Shown: piece after piece, positions 50,072-60,867 of the stretch
How positions within the stretch are numbered: position 1 is the stretch's first letter
Layout: every line of letters starts with the position of its first letter
Source of the DNA: Ructibacterium sp.
GTDB taxonomy: Bacteria > Bacillota > Clostridia > Monoglobales > Monoglobaceae
Assembly: GCA_045578365.1 (NCBI GenBank)
Contig: JAZNKC010000033.1
Span: forward strand, 3,009-67,008
Direction of reading: 5' to 3'
DNA length: 64,000 bases
Position numbers and translations under genes: made by a program
The notes under the pieces: model-generated
Seen by the model: only the letters and a program-made list of their open reading frames with translations
Database searches by the model: none
Told to the model about the DNA's origin: nothing

Positions 50072-50664
50072 AATTCTAACCCCATAACATCCTGATAAAT
50101 TTCCTCAACCAGCTTTTTTAACGAGTCAAGGGTTCCTGTATTTTCAATACAATAATCAGCCTTGCTTTGCAACTCTTCGTCCGAAAGCTGGTGTGCCATT
50201 CTCTCTTTCACTTGCTTCCGTGAGCATCCATCCCGCTTTACCACCCGTGCAATGCGCAACTCTTCAGGAGCCACTACTGCCAACGTCTTATGACAGGAAA
50301 AAGGAAAGTCAGCGGAAAACAACAACGGTACGTCCATACAAACCAAATTCGCATTGGAACACTGTAATCTTTTCTCCATTTCAGCAAAAATGGCTTGATG
50401 GGTGATATGGTTTAGTTCTTGAAGCTTTTCAGAATCGGAAAAAACAATTCTTGCCAATGCTTTTCTGTCAATCTCCCCGTCAGGGAAAAGAATTTCCTTG
50501 CCAAAGCGGTTTACTGTTTCCGGATACGCACTTCCGTCCTTTTTCAAAACCTCTCGGGCAATGGCATCCGCATCAATGATTTCAGCACCAAGCGCTGCAA
50601 ACAATCCGGAAACGATACTTTTTCCAGAGCCAATTCCTCCGGTAATCCCTAAAATCTTCATCAT
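50068..50664 (-). CDS. coaE: Dephospho-CoA kinase
   Basis: GITGGIGSGKS, IDADAIA, DRKAL, DVPLLF. Confidence 0.95.
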   Translation of the reverse strand: MMKILGITGGIGSGKSIVSGLFAALGAEIIDADAIAREVLKKDGSAYPETVNRFGKEILFPDGEIDRKALARIVFSDSEKLQELNHITHQAIFAEMEKRLQCSNANLVCMDVPLLFSADFPFSCHKTLAVVAPEELRIARVVKRDGCSRKQVKERMAHQLSDEELQSKADYCIENTGTLDSLKKLVEEIYQDVMGLEL

Positions 50665-50742
50665 CTATCACCATAACGATTCTACTTTTTCTTTCTCGAA
50701 GATATTATAGCAGTTTTGAAAATTGATTACAATAGCTTTTGC

Positions 50743-50773
50743 AAAAAAAGAGCAGACAAAATGTCTGCTCTTT
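50743..50773 (-). terminator. Terminator after lipoprotein gene
   Basis: AAAAAAAGAGCAGACA-AAA-TGTCTGCTCTTT. Confidence 0.75.
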
Positions 50774-50779
50774 CACTTT

Positions 50780-51109
50780 TTATCTTTCGGCAGTTGCCGA
50801 ATCCCCTTGCGGATTGCCGGTGATATTGTTCATCGTTTCTTCCATTCCGGCTGTTGCACCGTCAACTGCACCTTGCGCACCATCTACAACACCCCTTGCA
50901 GCATCTCCAACACCATCTGCTGCGTTTCGAACCGCATTGCCTACACCCTCGGTTGCGGAGTCCATAGCACCGCTGGTGTTATTTTCTTGATTGTTATAAG
51001 GTTCTCCGGCTCTTCCATCGGTGTCATTTCCGTAATCCATGGTTGTCTCTCCGCATGCGGTAAGCAGAATGCAGCAGGCAAACAAGGTGATCAATAATAA
51101 TTTCTTCAC
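50780..51109 (-). CDS. Small low-complexity lipoprotein
   Basis: GTG start after GGAG; KKLLLITLFACCILLTAC lipobox; Gly/Ala/Asp repeats. Confidence 0.75.
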   Translation of the reverse strand: MKKLLLITLFACCILLTACGETTMDYGNDTDGRAGEPYNNQENNTSGAMDSATEGVGNAVRNAADGVGDAARGVVDGAQGAVDGATAGMEETMNNITGNPQGDSATAER

Positions 51110-51150
51110 TTTTCTTTCTCCTTTTTTTTGAAAAATTTCTTGTTTTTCTG

Positions 51151-51180
51151 TATCATACCCAATCAACAAAAAACCTATAC
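51151..51180 (-). promoter_or_regulatory. Putative sigma-F-type promoter of the lipoprotein
   Basis: Minus strand GTATA-15 nt-GGGTATGATA. Confidence 0.45.
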
Positions 51181-51280
51181 CTTTTTTCTAAATAATTACT
51201 TTTTTTGGCTTGCATATTCTTTTGGTATGTGCTATAATGCTTGCGTATCATTTTGCATTTCATCTTTAGGAGGTTTTTCT

Positions 51281-52294
51281 ATGAATATCTTAGTTACCGG
51301 CGGTGCAGGATATATCGGCAGCCACACCAGTGTATTGCTTCTTGAAGCAGGCTATGATGTGGTGATTGTTGATAATCTTTGCAACAGTTCCGCAGAGGCC
51401 GTAAAACGTGTCGCTTCCCTGACCGGAAAAGAGCCTGTCTTTTATGAAGCGGATTTGTGCGACGAATCTACCTTAGACAGCATTTTCGCAAAGCATTCCA
51501 TTGATGCGGTCATTCACTTTGCCGGATTAAAGGCGGTAGGCGAATCGGTTGAAATGCCTCTTACTTATTATGAAAACAATATCGGTAGCACCTTGAGCCT
51601 TTGCAAGATTATGGCAAAACATAATGTAAAAAAGATTGTGTTCAGCTCCTCTGCTACCGTTTACGGAAAGCCGGAAACCGTTCCGATTCGTGAAGATTTC
51701 CCGCTCTCCTGTACCAATCCATATGGGCGCACCAAGCTGATGATTGAAGAAATTCTGCGTGACCTTTATATTTCTGACAATGAATGGGATATCGCATTGC
51801 TCCGTTACTTCAACCCTGTGGGTGCACACAAAAGCGGTATGATCGGTGAGGACCCCAAGGGAATTCCCAACAACCTGATGCCTTTTATCTCCCAGGTTGC
51901 TATCGGCAAGCGTGATTTCCTCCGTGTATTCGGGGATGATTATGAAACTCCGGACGGTACCGGCGTACGTGATTACATTCACGTTCTGGATTTGGCAGAT
52001 GGTCACTTGAAAGCGTTAGAAAAAATCAGCGAGCACGTAGGCGTGGTTACCTACAACTTGGGAACCGGTCACGGTTACAGCGTATTGGATATGCTCCACG
52101 CATTTGAGAAAGCTTGCGGAAAAGAGCTCCCTTATCAGATTTGTGAGCGACGCTCCGGCGATATCGCCGCATGCTATGCAGATCCCAAAAAAGCAAAAGA
52201 CGAACTGGGCTTTGAAGCAGTTCACACCTTGGAAGAGATGTGTGCAGACACTTGGAATTGGCAATCGAAAAACCCTGATGGTTACAACAAATAA
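51281..52294 (+). CDS. galE: UDP-glucose 4-epimerase
   Basis: ILVTGGAGYIGSH, HFAGLKAVGES, YGRTK, LRYFNPVGAH; AGGAGG RBS. Confidence 0.97.
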   Translation: MNILVTGGAGYIGSHTSVLLLEAGYDVVIVDNLCNSSAEAVKRVASLTGKEPVFYEADLCDESTLDSIFAKHSIDAVIHFAGLKAVGESVEMPLTYYENNIGSTLSLCKIMAKHNVKKIVFSSSATVYGKPETVPIREDFPLSCTNPYGRTKLMIEEILRDLYISDNEWDIALLRYFNPVGAHKSGMIGEDPKGIPNNLMPFISQVAIGKRDFLRVFGDDYETPDGTGVRDYIHVLDLADGHLKALEKISEHVGVVTYNLGTGHGYSVLDMLHAFEKACGKELPYQICERRSGDIAACYADPKKAKDELGFEAVHTLEEMCADTWNWQSKNPDGYNK

Positions 52295-52315
52295 ATAAAT
52301 TGAGGAGAGATTACA

Positions 52316-53176
52316 ATGAGTAAAACAACACTTCTCGCCCTTGCGGCGGGCATGGGAAGCCGTTTCGGCGGCTTAAAACAAATGACACCGGTTGCAGGAA
52401 ATGATTCAGTGTTACTTGATTTCTCTGTTTATGACGCAATAGCATCCGGCTTTGACAAAATCGTTTTCGTCATTAAAGAAGAAATGTATCAGGATTTCAA
52501 AGAAATGATTGGCGACCGCATCAAAACTGCAGAAGTTGATTATGTTTTTCAGGAAATGGACTCCCTACCTGAAGGCAGAGTGAAACCTTGGGGAACTGCT
52601 CACGCAGTTTTGTGTTGCCGCGATAAGATTGACACCCCCTTTGCCATTATCAATGCAGATGACTATTATGGCCGTCATGCGTATCAGGATATTCACGAGC
52701 ATCTTCTGAATGCAAAAGATTTTGATTTTGCAATGGTTGCCTTTGATTTGAAAAATACCTTAACCGAGAACGGAACGGTTGCCCGTGGTGTTTGCGAAGT
52801 AGAAAACGGTTACCTCAAGCACGTTACCGAGCGCACCAAAATCAATAGCAAGCTTCAGTATACCGAGGATGAAGAAACTTGGATTGATCTCCCGGATGAT
52901 ACTGTGGTGTCTATGAACCTCTGGGGATTCACTCCGGCAATCTTTGATGTGTTGGAAGAACAATTTGCTGATTTCTTGAAGAACACACCCAATCCCTTAA
53001 AAGATGAGTTCTTTATTCCTCTGTCAGTAGAAAAACTCATCGACAGTGGAAAAGCAAAGGTAAAAGTTTACAACTGCCGTGATAAATGGTATGGTATGAC
53101 ATATTCCGATGACCTGCCGGTAGTAAAGCAGGCACTCAATCAAATGATTCAGGAGGGCTACTATCGTGGACTGTGA
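52316..53176 (+). CDS. Sugar-phosphate nucleotidyltransferase
   Basis: LAAGMGSRFGGLKQ, KPWGTAHA, INADDYYG, SMNLWGF. Confidence 0.88.
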   Translation: MSKTTLLALAAGMGSRFGGLKQMTPVAGNDSVLLDFSVYDAIASGFDKIVFVIKEEMYQDFKEMIGDRIKTAEVDYVFQEMDSLPEGRVKPWGTAHAVLCCRDKIDTPFAIINADDYYGRHAYQDIHEHLLNAKDFDFAMVAFDLKNTLTENGTVARGVCEVENGYLKHVTERTKINSKLQYTEDEETWIDLPDDTVVSMNLWGFTPAIFDVLEEQFADFLKNTPNPLKDEFFIPLSVEKLIDSGKAKVKVYNCRDKWYGMTYSDDLPVVKQALNQMIQEGYYRGL

Positions 53177-54257
53177 GTTACAAAGAATTGCCGAGCAATT
53201 TACTCTTGTAGGCAATATTGTTGACATATCTCCTTATGGGAACGGACATATCAATGATACTTACTGCATCCGGACCGATGAAGATAGACTTTATATTATG
53301 CAACGGGTAAACGACAATGTTTTCAAAAAACCTATGGATGTGATGACTAATATTTCTGCGGTTACCGGTTTTTTACAGGAGAAAATTCGTAACCAAGGTG
53401 GTAACCCGATGCGTGAAGCTATGAACTTGATTCCCACATTGGATGGAATGCCTTATGTTTCCGCATCTGAAAAGGGTCTTTATCGCATTTATGTATTCAT
53501 TGAGGAAGCGGTTTCGTATGATACCATTGATTCTCCTGAGATTTTTTACAACGCAGCAAAAGCCTTTGGTCGCTTCCAGAGTATGCTTTCGGATTTTCCG
53601 GCAGAAAAATTAAAGGAAACCATCTCTGGTTTCCATGATACCTATCGTTATTATCAAAAATTCGAAAAAGCTGTTAAAGAAGATTGCAAAGGTCGCTGTG
53701 CGGAAGTTGCAGAAGAAATCCAGTTTGTCCGTGACCGCGTGAATGACACAAAAATTGTAATGGAAGCTTTGGAACGCAACGAATTACCTTTGCGTGTGAC
53801 CCATAACGATACCAAGCTCAACAATGTTATGTTCGATACGGCCACCAATGCCGGTCTTTGCGTCATTGATTTGGATACTGTTATGTCCGGTTCTTTGTTG
53901 TTTGACTTTGGTGATGCCATCCGGTTCGGCGCAAATACTGCAGCTGAGGATGAAACCGATGTTTCCAAAATCACCATCAATCTGGAGCTTTTTGAGGCAT
54001 TTACCAAAGGCTATCTGGACGAGCTTAAGGATTGTATGACTGAAAAAGAAATTGAGCTTCTTCCTTTCTCTGCCAAGCTTTTGACTTTTGAATGCGGCAT
54101 TCGCTTTTTGACCGATTACCTTGTGGGAGATACCTATTTCAAGATTCACAAACCAAAACACAATCTGGACCGTGCCCGTAACCAATTTGCTTTGGTTGCA
54201 GATATGGAAAAGAAAATGGCAGATATGGAAAAAATCGTTCAGAATATTATCAAATAA
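53166..54257 (+). CDS. N-acetylhexosamine 1-kinase-like phosphotransferase
   Basis: GNGHINDT, RVTHNDTKLNN, IDLDT, DFGDAIR, RFLTDYL.GD.YFK. Confidence 0.85.
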   Translation: MDCELQRIAEQFTLVGNIVDISPYGNGHINDTYCIRTDEDRLYIMQRVNDNVFKKPMDVMTNISAVTGFLQEKIRNQGGNPMREAMNLIPTLDGMPYVSASEKGLYRIYVFIEEAVSYDTIDSPEIFYNAAKAFGRFQSMLSDFPAEKLKETISGFHDTYRYYQKFEKAVKEDCKGRCAEVAEEIQFVRDRVNDTKIVMEALERNELPLRVTHNDTKLNNVMFDTATNAGLCVIDLDTVMSGSLLFDFGDAIRFGANTAAEDETDVSKITINLELFEAFTKGYLDELKDCMTEKEIELLPFSAKLLTFECGIRFLTDYLVGDTYFKIHKPKHNLDRARNQFALVADMEKKMADMEKIVQNIIK

Positions 54258-55356
54258 AATCCACTAAAATACTGTTGCTAACAAAAAGATATTCCGGCGG
54301 GATACAAAGCCTGTCACCCAATCTCAGGAGAGTTCCTCTCCTGAGATTTTTTTTGATTACATCTCCAAAAACATCCTCAATGTTTCGTCCGAACCGGCTG
54401 TTGAATTCTTTGACACTAATGCCATCACGCATACGCAAGCCTAAAAAACAAAATTCACTTATTCGATCCCTGTGTGTCAAAGGAATTCTCTCCGCAACAG
54501 GCGATTTTTCTGTTTCCAAGGCTGTACAATAATCCAAAACATTTCTGAGATTATCGTACCGCACCCCATCAAAACAGGAATATGCCCCCGCACCAAAGCC
54601 AAGGAAATCATCACACTTCCAGTATTTGCAGTTGTGACGGCTTTCCTTTTTGGGCAATGAGAAATTAGAAATTTCGTAACGTAAATACCCTTGTTCCGCA
54701 AGGTAGTTCACGGCATAATCATAGAATTCTCTTACACAATCATCGCTCGGGAGGGTCGGATTTTTCATAAACAACGGGGTTCCCTCCTCCAGCTTCAGGC
54801 TATAACAGGAGATATGTTCCGGTTGAAAAGCAACGGCTTTTTCTAAGGTGGTTTTCCAGTTTTCCATGGTTTGTTCGGGAAGTCCGTACATCAAATCCAA
54901 AGAAATGTTTTGAAAGTCGGCATTTCTGGCATCCGAAAAACAATTTGCAAAATCTTGAAAACTGTGAATCCGTCCTAAATCCTTTAGTTCTTGCGCATTG
55001 GCAGACTGCAGACCAATACTCAAGCGATTGAAACCTGCCTGATGCAAAACAGCAAGGCCTTCTTTGTCGATGGTGGCCGGATTACATTCCAAAGAAATTT
55101 CACAATTCGGAGTTAAATCATATTTTTCTTTGACTACTGAAAGGATTTGAGCAAGACTATGGGCTGGCAAAACCGTCGGCGTTCCCCCGCCAAAATAGAT
55201 GGTATCTACTTCCCCGTCAGGAGCGTTCTGGATTTCCTGACACAAGGCATCTATATAACGTTGTTGCTGTTCTTCCATCCCTGCATACGAATTAAAATCA
55301 CAGTAAAGGCATTTCGCTTTACAGAACGGAATGTGTAAATAAATTCCCAAAGCCAT
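54250..55356 (-). CDS. hemW: Radical SAM heme chaperone HemW (HemN-like)
   Basis: YLHIPFCKAKCLYCDFNS, YFGGGTPT, YEISNF, HNCKYW; follows lepA. Confidence 0.92.
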   Translation of the reverse strand: MALGIYLHIPFCKAKCLYCDFNSYAGMEEQQQRYIDALCQEIQNAPDGEVDTIYFGGGTPTVLPAHSLAQILSVVKEKYDLTPNCEISLECNPATIDKEGLAVLHQAGFNRLSIGLQSANAQELKDLGRIHSFQDFANCFSDARNADFQNISLDLMYGLPEQTMENWKTTLEKAVAFQPEHISCYSLKLEEGTPLFMKNPTLPSDDCVREFYDYAVNYLAEQGYLRYEISNFSLPKKESRHNCKYWKCDDFLGFGAGAYSCFDGVRYDNLRNVLDYCTALETEKSPVAERIPLTHRDRISEFCFLGLRMRDGISVKEFNSRFGRNIEDVFGDVIKKNLRRGTLLRLGDRLCIPPEYLFVSNSILVDFI

Positions 55357-55377
55357 CTTACTTCACTCCTTTTTGAC

Positions 55378-55409
55378 AAAATCCGGTTTCCAGACGGAAA
55401 CCGGATTTT
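55378..55409 (-). terminator. Hairpin between lepA and hemW
   Basis: AAAATCCGGTTTCC-AGAC-GGAAACCGGATTTT. Confidence 0.7.
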
Positions 55410-55411
55410 TA

Positions 55412-57217
55412 TTAGTCTAACTTTAATACGGACATAAATGCTTCCTGTGGTACTTCTACCGAACCGACTTGACGCATTCTCTTTTTTCCTTCTTTTTGCT
55501 TCTCCAACAGTTTCCGCTTTCGGCTGATATCACCGCCGTAACACTTGGCAAGGACATCCTTACGCATTGCCTTGACAGTTTCTCTGGCGATGATTTTTCC
55601 GCCGATGGCAGCTTGGATGGGAACCTCAAACAACTGTCTGGGAATAACCTCTTTCAACTTTTCAGCCATTCTTCTTCCTCTGGTGTACGCACGCTCCTTA
55701 TGCACAATAAAGGAAAGTGCATCCACCATTTCGCCGTTTAAGAGCATATCCAGTTTTACCAAATCTGCCTTTTCAAACTTCTTAAATTCATAGTCAAAAG
55801 AAGCATAGCCACGGGTTCTGGATTTTAACGCATCAAAAAAGTCGTAAATAATCTCATTTAAGGGCAAATCATAATTCAGGGATACCCGTGTATCATCCAG
55901 ATAGGTCATATCGATATAAGTACCCCTGCGCTCCTGACACAACTCCATAATACTTCCCACATATTCTTTCGGGGTCATAATTGCCGCATGAACAATGGGT
56001 TCCATCATATAATCAATTTCAGAAGGCGCAGGAAGATTGGTGGGGTTATCAATCATCAAAACGGTACCATCCGTCTTAATTACCTGATATTCTACCGAAG
56101 GCGCCGTGGTAACCAAATCCAGATTATACTCTCTTTCCAAACGCTCTTGAATGATTTCCATATGCAAAAGACCCAAGAATCCGCACCGGAAACCAAAGCC
56201 CAGTGCCACCGAGGTTTCTGCATCAAAGCGAAGTGCCGCATCGTTCAGCTGCAGCTTTTCAAGAGCTTCCCGCAAATCATCATATCTTGCACCATCTGCC
56301 GGATAGATGCCGCAATAAACCATGGGCTTGACTTCTTTATAACCGGGCAGTGGTTCTGCCGCTCCGTTTTCTACGGTGGTTACGGTATCACCTACATGAA
56401 CCTCTTGCACGTTTTTGATGCTTGCCGCAATAAAACCAACCTCACCAGCTGAAATTTCTTTTGCAGGGAGCATTCCATTGGGGTGCAGGTATCCGGTTTC
56501 CACCACATCAAAGACTGCGCCGGTTGCCATCATTTTAATCTGTGTGCCAGGGGTCAGCTTTCCGTCAATCACACGCACATAAACAATAACCCCCTTATAA
56601 GGGTCATAGTACGAGTCGAAAATCAATGCCTTAAGGGGTGCGTTGTCATCCCCTTGGGGCGGCGGTACCAATTCTACGATTTTTTCAAGAACTTCTTCAA
56701 TATTGATTCCGTTTTTGGCAGAAATCAAAGGTGCGTTTTCTCCATCAATGCCAATAACATCCTCAATTTCCTTTTTGACCTCCTCCGGGCTTGCAGAGGG
56801 AAGGTCAATTTTATTGATGACCGCAACCAGCTCTAAATCGTGTTCCAGCGCCAGATAAGTATTTGCCAGCGTCTGTGCCTCAATCCCCTGTGCGGCATCC
56901 ACTACCAGAATTGCACCCTCGCAGGCAGCTAAACTACGGGAAACCTCATAATTAAAGTCCACATGCCCCGGGGTATCAATCAGGTTCAGGGTGTACTCCT
57001 CGCCGTCCTTTGCCTTATACAAAAGCTTGACAGCCCGTGCTTTGATGGTAATTCCCCGTTCTCTTTCCAAATCCATATTATCCAGAATCTGTGCCTGCAT
57101 CTCCCGTTGGGTCAAAGCACCGGTATGCTCCAACAGTCGGTCTGCCAAAGTGCTCTTTCCGTGGTCAATATGGGCAATGATTGAAAAATTACGTAACTTC
57201 TCCTGTCGATTGCTCAT
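55412..57217 (-). CDS. lepA: Elongation factor 4 (LepA)
   Basis: [47 protein letters not shown]. Confidence 0.98.
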   Translation of the reverse strand: MSNRQEKLRNFSIIAHIDHGKSTLADRLLEHTGALTQREMQAQILDNMDLERERGITIKARAVKLLYKAKDGEEYTLNLIDTPGHVDFNYEVSRSLAACEGAILVVDAAQGIEAQTLANTYLALEHDLELVAVINKIDLPSASPEEVKKEIEDVIGIDGENAPLISAKNGINIEEVLEKIVELVPPPQGDDNAPLKALIFDSYYDPYKGVIVYVRVIDGKLTPGTQIKMMATGAVFDVVETGYLHPNGMLPAKEISAGEVGFIAASIKNVQEVHVGDTVTTVENGAAEPLPGYKEVKPMVYCGIYPADGARYDDLREALEKLQLNDAALRFDAETSVALGFGFRCGFLGLLHMEIIQERLEREYNLDLVTTAPSVEYQVIKTDGTVLMIDNPTNLPAPSEIDYMMEPIVHAAIMTPKEYVGSIMELCQERRGTYIDMTYLDDTRVSLNYDLPLNEIIYDFFDALKSRTRGYASFDYEFKKFEKADLVKLDMLLNGEMVDALSFIVHKERAYTRGRRMAEKLKEVIPRQLFEVPIQAAIGGKIIARETVKAMRKDVLAKCYGGDISRKRKLLEKQKEGKKRMRQVGSVEVPQEAFMSVLKLD

Positions 57218-58026
57218 TCTTTTTCCTCCAAATCAATCAAATGAAAATGCTTTAATCCCCAGTAAATTCCATCTTCTTCTACACCGCAGGTGATATATTC
57301 TGCCACCTTTTTCACGGCATCAGAATGCGGGGTCATTCCAATACCGTGGGTAACTGCCTGTAACATTTCTACATCATTGTCATAGTCCCCAAAGGCATAA
57401 ATTTGTTCCTGATTCAAATCAAAAGCCTTTACCACGGCCTCAATACCACTTGCCTTATTGATAAAGGATTTCCCTAAATCTGCAGAAAACAAATTGCGGT
57501 GCATCGGAATCAAATAACGGTCCGAAAACTTTTCGCAAAAACGATGATATTTTTCCGGCTTGTCAAAGGTAATTACCATTTTGTTCACCGTCAAACCATC
57601 CAAACTTTTCAAGGGGGAGAAACACCGCTTGTCCATCCGGAAAAGTTCCAGAAACTTCATAATTTCCGCTTCTGATCTTTCGTCATAAAAACAGGCGTTG
57701 GCGTTTTCTACGATATAGCCCATCTCGTTTTCTTCCAGACACGCGATAAGCTCTTTCAGTTCCTCCGTTTTGATGGTTTCAGAGAAAATTTCCTTTCCAT
57801 CTACCTCTGCCACCGCACCGTTACAAGAGATATAACAATCAAACGGAATCTTCAAATCCGGAATATAGCAACGGGCACGCCCTGTTGCAACTCCAATCAG
57901 GAATCCCTTTTCCTGCATCCTGGTTAATGCCTCTCTCACTTTCGGGGTCGGCAGGAAGATTTCGTGACGCTCGTCCACCAATGTGCCGTCGATATCACAG
58001 AAAATGGCTCCTTGATAGCTTTTCAT
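57214..58026 (-). CDS. Cof-type HAD hydrolase
   Basis: [24 protein letters not shown]. Confidence 0.9.
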   Translation of the reverse strand: MKSYQGAIFCDIDGTLVDERHEIFLPTPKVREALTRMQEKGFLIGVATGRARCYIPDLKIPFDCYISCNGAVAEVDGKEIFSETIKTEELKELIACLEENEMGYIVENANACFYDERSEAEIMKFLELFRMDKRCFSPLKSLDGLTVNKMVITFDKPEKYHRFCEKFSDRYLIPMHRNLFSADLGKSFINKASGIEAVVKAFDLNQEQIYAFGDYDNDVEMLQAVTHGIGMTPHSDAVKKVAEYITCGVEEDGIYWGLKHFHLIDLEEKE

Positions 58027-58149
58027 TGATACACATCCTTTTTTATACTTCTTTTATTATACCATCGAAATGCAAAAATGCAACATTTTTTCGAGAAAAT
58101 CTTCCCGTAGCACTTGCATTTTTCTTAGAAATCATTTATGATAAATGCT

Positions 58150-60105
58150 ATGAAAACAAAAACAACTTTACCAAATGGATTTTTACCTGTTTCTCAAGAA
58201 GATATGACCAATCTCGGGATAGAAAATTTGGATTTTGTCTATGTCATCGGCGATGCCTATGTAGACCATCCAAGCTTTGGACCCGCGATTATTTCTCGTG
58301 TTCTTGAGCGGGCAGGTTTCAGCGTCGGCATCATTGCCCAACCGGATTGGCATAGTTGCGAAGATTTTCGCCGTCTTGGAAAACCAAGACTGGGATTTTT
58401 GGTTTCCGGCGGAAATATGGATTCTATGGTAAACCACTATACCGCCTCCAAAAAGCGCAGAAATACCGACTTATACTCCCCAAACGGAGAGATTGGTCAT
58501 CGCCCCGATCGTGCAGTCATTGTTTACTGTAACCGCATTCGGGAAGCCTATGGTAAAAGTGTGCCCATTATTATCGGCGGGATTGAGGCAAGTTTGCGAC
58601 GCTTTGCCCACTATGATTATTGGTCTGATCGGGTTCGTCGCAGTATCCTGATTGACAGCGGTGCCAATCTTTTGGCCTTTGGTATGGGAGAGCGACAAAC
58701 CGAGGAAATTGCAGCTCTGTTAGATTCCGGTGTTTCGATTAAGGATATCAAGCATATCCCCGGAACCATGTATCTGGAATCGGATAAAGAAGCACTCCCC
58801 TCTCCCTGTGTGATTGTACCGGACTACGATGCCGTCAGCACCGATAAAAAAGCTTATGCAAAGGCTACCATCCTACAATATAAAGAGCAGGATGCGGTTT
58901 CCGGAAAGCCGGTAGCACAACTGGATCGGGATTTTTATCTGGTGCAAAATCCTCCTGCCAAGCCACTTTCCACTGAAGAATTGGATGCAGTTTATGCGCT
59001 TCCTTTTATGCGCACTTATCATCCCGTGTATGAATCTCAGGGCGGTATCCCCGCCATCCAAGAGGTGCAATTCTCATTGACCTCTTGCCGTGGTTGCTTT
59101 GGCGCTTGTAATTTTTGCGCATTGAGCTTTCACCAAGGCCGCACAGTCACATCCCGCAGTCATGAATCCTTGCTCGCTGAGGCAAAACTTTTGACCAAGC
59201 AAAAAGGATTTGCCGGCTATATCCACGATGTGGGCGGTCCCACCGCAAATTTCCGTTTTGCATCCTGTAAAGGTCAATTACTTCACGGCGTTTGCAAGGA
59301 GCGCCAATGTCTTTTCCCCGCACCTTGTAAAAACTTAGAGGTCAATCATCAGGATTATTTGGAACTGCTACGAAAATTGCGTAAGATTGAGGGCATCAAG
59401 CGTGTGTTTGTCCGTTCCGGTATCCGCTATGACTATTTGCTTTATGACAAAGATGACACCTTTTTTACCGAGCTTTGCAAGCATCACATCAGCGGACAGC
59501 TTAAGGTTGCGCCGGAGCATATTTCCGACCATGTACTGCATTTGATGGGCAAGCCCTCTAAAAAAGTTTATCAAAAATTTTCAGAAAAATACTATGCCAT
59601 CAATGAAAAGCTAAACAAAAAGCAATTTCTTGTTCCTTATCTGATGTCCTCTCATCCGGGAAGCCGGCTTGAAGATGCCATCGCTTTGGCAGAATTTTTG
59701 CGGGACAATCATCTCAATCCCGAACAGGTACAGGATTTTTATCCCACTCCCGGAAGCCTGTCAACCTGTATGTATTACACCGGACTTGACCCAAGAACTA
59801 TGGAACCGGTCTATGTTCCCAAAACCTATCAGGAAAAACAAATGCAACGGGCACTTTTGCAATATAAACGTCCGGAAAATTATCATTTGGTTTATCAAGC
59901 ATTAAAGAAAGCTGGTCGGCTGGATTTGGTCGGCAATTCTGCAAAATGCTTAATATCTTATCCAAAAGGAGAGAAACACAATGGCAAAACTGTTGAGCGG
60001 AAAGCTGGTTTCCGCAAGAGTCAAAGAAGAAATGAAACTGGAGGTCGCAAAAATGACCGAGGCGGGCATGCAGCCCGGTCTGGCGGTCGTCATCGTGGGA
60101 AATGA
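58150..60105 (+). CDS. YgiQ family (UPF0313) radical SAM protein
   Basis: [47 protein letters not shown]. Confidence 0.93.
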   Translation: MKTKTTLPNGFLPVSQEDMTNLGIENLDFVYVIGDAYVDHPSFGPAIISRVLERAGFSVGIIAQPDWHSCEDFRRLGKPRLGFLVSGGNMDSMVNHYTASKKRRNTDLYSPNGEIGHRPDRAVIVYCNRIREAYGKSVPIIIGGIEASLRRFAHYDYWSDRVRRSILIDSGANLLAFGMGERQTEEIAALLDSGVSIKDIKHIPGTMYLESDKEALPSPCVIVPDYDAVSTDKKAYAKATILQYKEQDAVSGKPVAQLDRDFYLVQNPPAKPLSTEELDAVYALPFMRTYHPVYESQGGIPAIQEVQFSLTSCRGCFGACNFCALSFHQGRTVTSRSHESLLAEAKLLTKQKGFAGYIHDVGGPTANFRFASCKGQLLHGVCKERQCLFPAPCKNLEVNHQDYLELLRKLRKIEGIKRVFVRSGIRYDYLLYDKDDTFFTELCKHHISGQLKVAPEHISDHVLHLMGKPSKKVYQKFSEKYYAINEKLNKKQFLVPYLMSSHPGSRLEDAIALAEFLRDNHLNPEQVQDFYPTPGSLSTCMYYTGLDPRTMEPVYVPKTYQEKQMQRALLQYKRPENYHLVYQALKKAGRLDLVGNSAKCLISYPKGEKHNGKTVERKAGFRKSQRRNETGGRKNDRGGHAARSGGRHRGK

Positions 60106-60838
60106 TTCTGCTTCCCAAGTGTATGTGGCAAACAAAGAAAAAGCCTGCACTGAGCTTGGTATGTATTCTGAAAAGCACGCTTTGCCGGAAGATACTACCG
60201 AAGAAGAATTGCTGGCTTTGGTTGATCGCCTGAACAATGACCCCAAAATCCACGGAATTTTGGTGCAGCTTCCTCTTCCCAAGCATCTGGATGACAAGCT
60301 GATTATCAATCATATTCTGCCTGAAAAAGACGTGGATGCGTTCCATCCTGTGAATGTGGGTAAAATTATGATTGGGGATTTCGATTTTGTGCCCTGTACC
60401 CCTGCGGGCGTTATGGAGCTGATTAAAGAAAGTGATGTTTCCGTCGAGGGCAAGGAATGTGTGGTAATCGGACGGAGTAATATCGTAGGAAAGCCTATGT
60501 CTATGCTTCTGCTCCATCAAAATGGAACGGTGACCATCTGTCATTCCAGAACCAAGGATTTGAAAGAGGTTACCAAAAAGGCTGACATTTTGGTTGCTGC
60601 TGTGGGAATCCCCAAATTTGTCAAAGCAGATATGGTAAAACCCGGTGCCGTAGTCATTGATGTGGGTATGGACCGGGATGAAAACGGAAAGCTCTGCGGT
60701 GATGTGGACTTTGCTGAGGTAGAACCGATTGCCGGCGCAATCACACCGGTTCCCGGCGGCGTTGGTCCTATGACCATTGCGATGCTGATGCGCAACACCT
60801 TAACCGCTGCAAAGCGTGCCTTTGGAATTCAAGACTAA
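59981..60838 (+). CDS. folD: Methylenetetrahydrofolate dehydrogenase/cyclohydrolase
   Basis: [43 protein letters not shown]; AAAGGAG RBS. Confidence 0.97.
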   Translation: MAKLLSGKLVSARVKEEMKLEVAKMTEAGMQPGLAVVIVGNDSASQVYVANKEKACTELGMYSEKHALPEDTTEEELLALVDRLNNDPKIHGILVQLPLPKHLDDKLIINHILPEKDVDAFHPVNVGKIMIGDFDFVPCTPAGVMELIKESDVSVEGKECVVIGRSNIVGKPMSMLLLHQNGTVTICHSRTKDLKEVTKKADILVAAVGIPKFVKADMVKPGAVVIDVGMDRDENGKLCGDVDFAEVEPIAGAITPVPGGVGPMTIAMLMRNTLTAAKRAFGIQD

Positions 60839-60839
60839 C

Positions 60840-60867
60840 AAAAAGACGCCCCAACGGGCGTCTTTTT
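60840..60867. terminator. Bidirectional terminator (folD / GH18)
   Basis: AAAAAGACGCCC-CAAC-GGGCGTCTTTTT. Confidence 0.85.
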
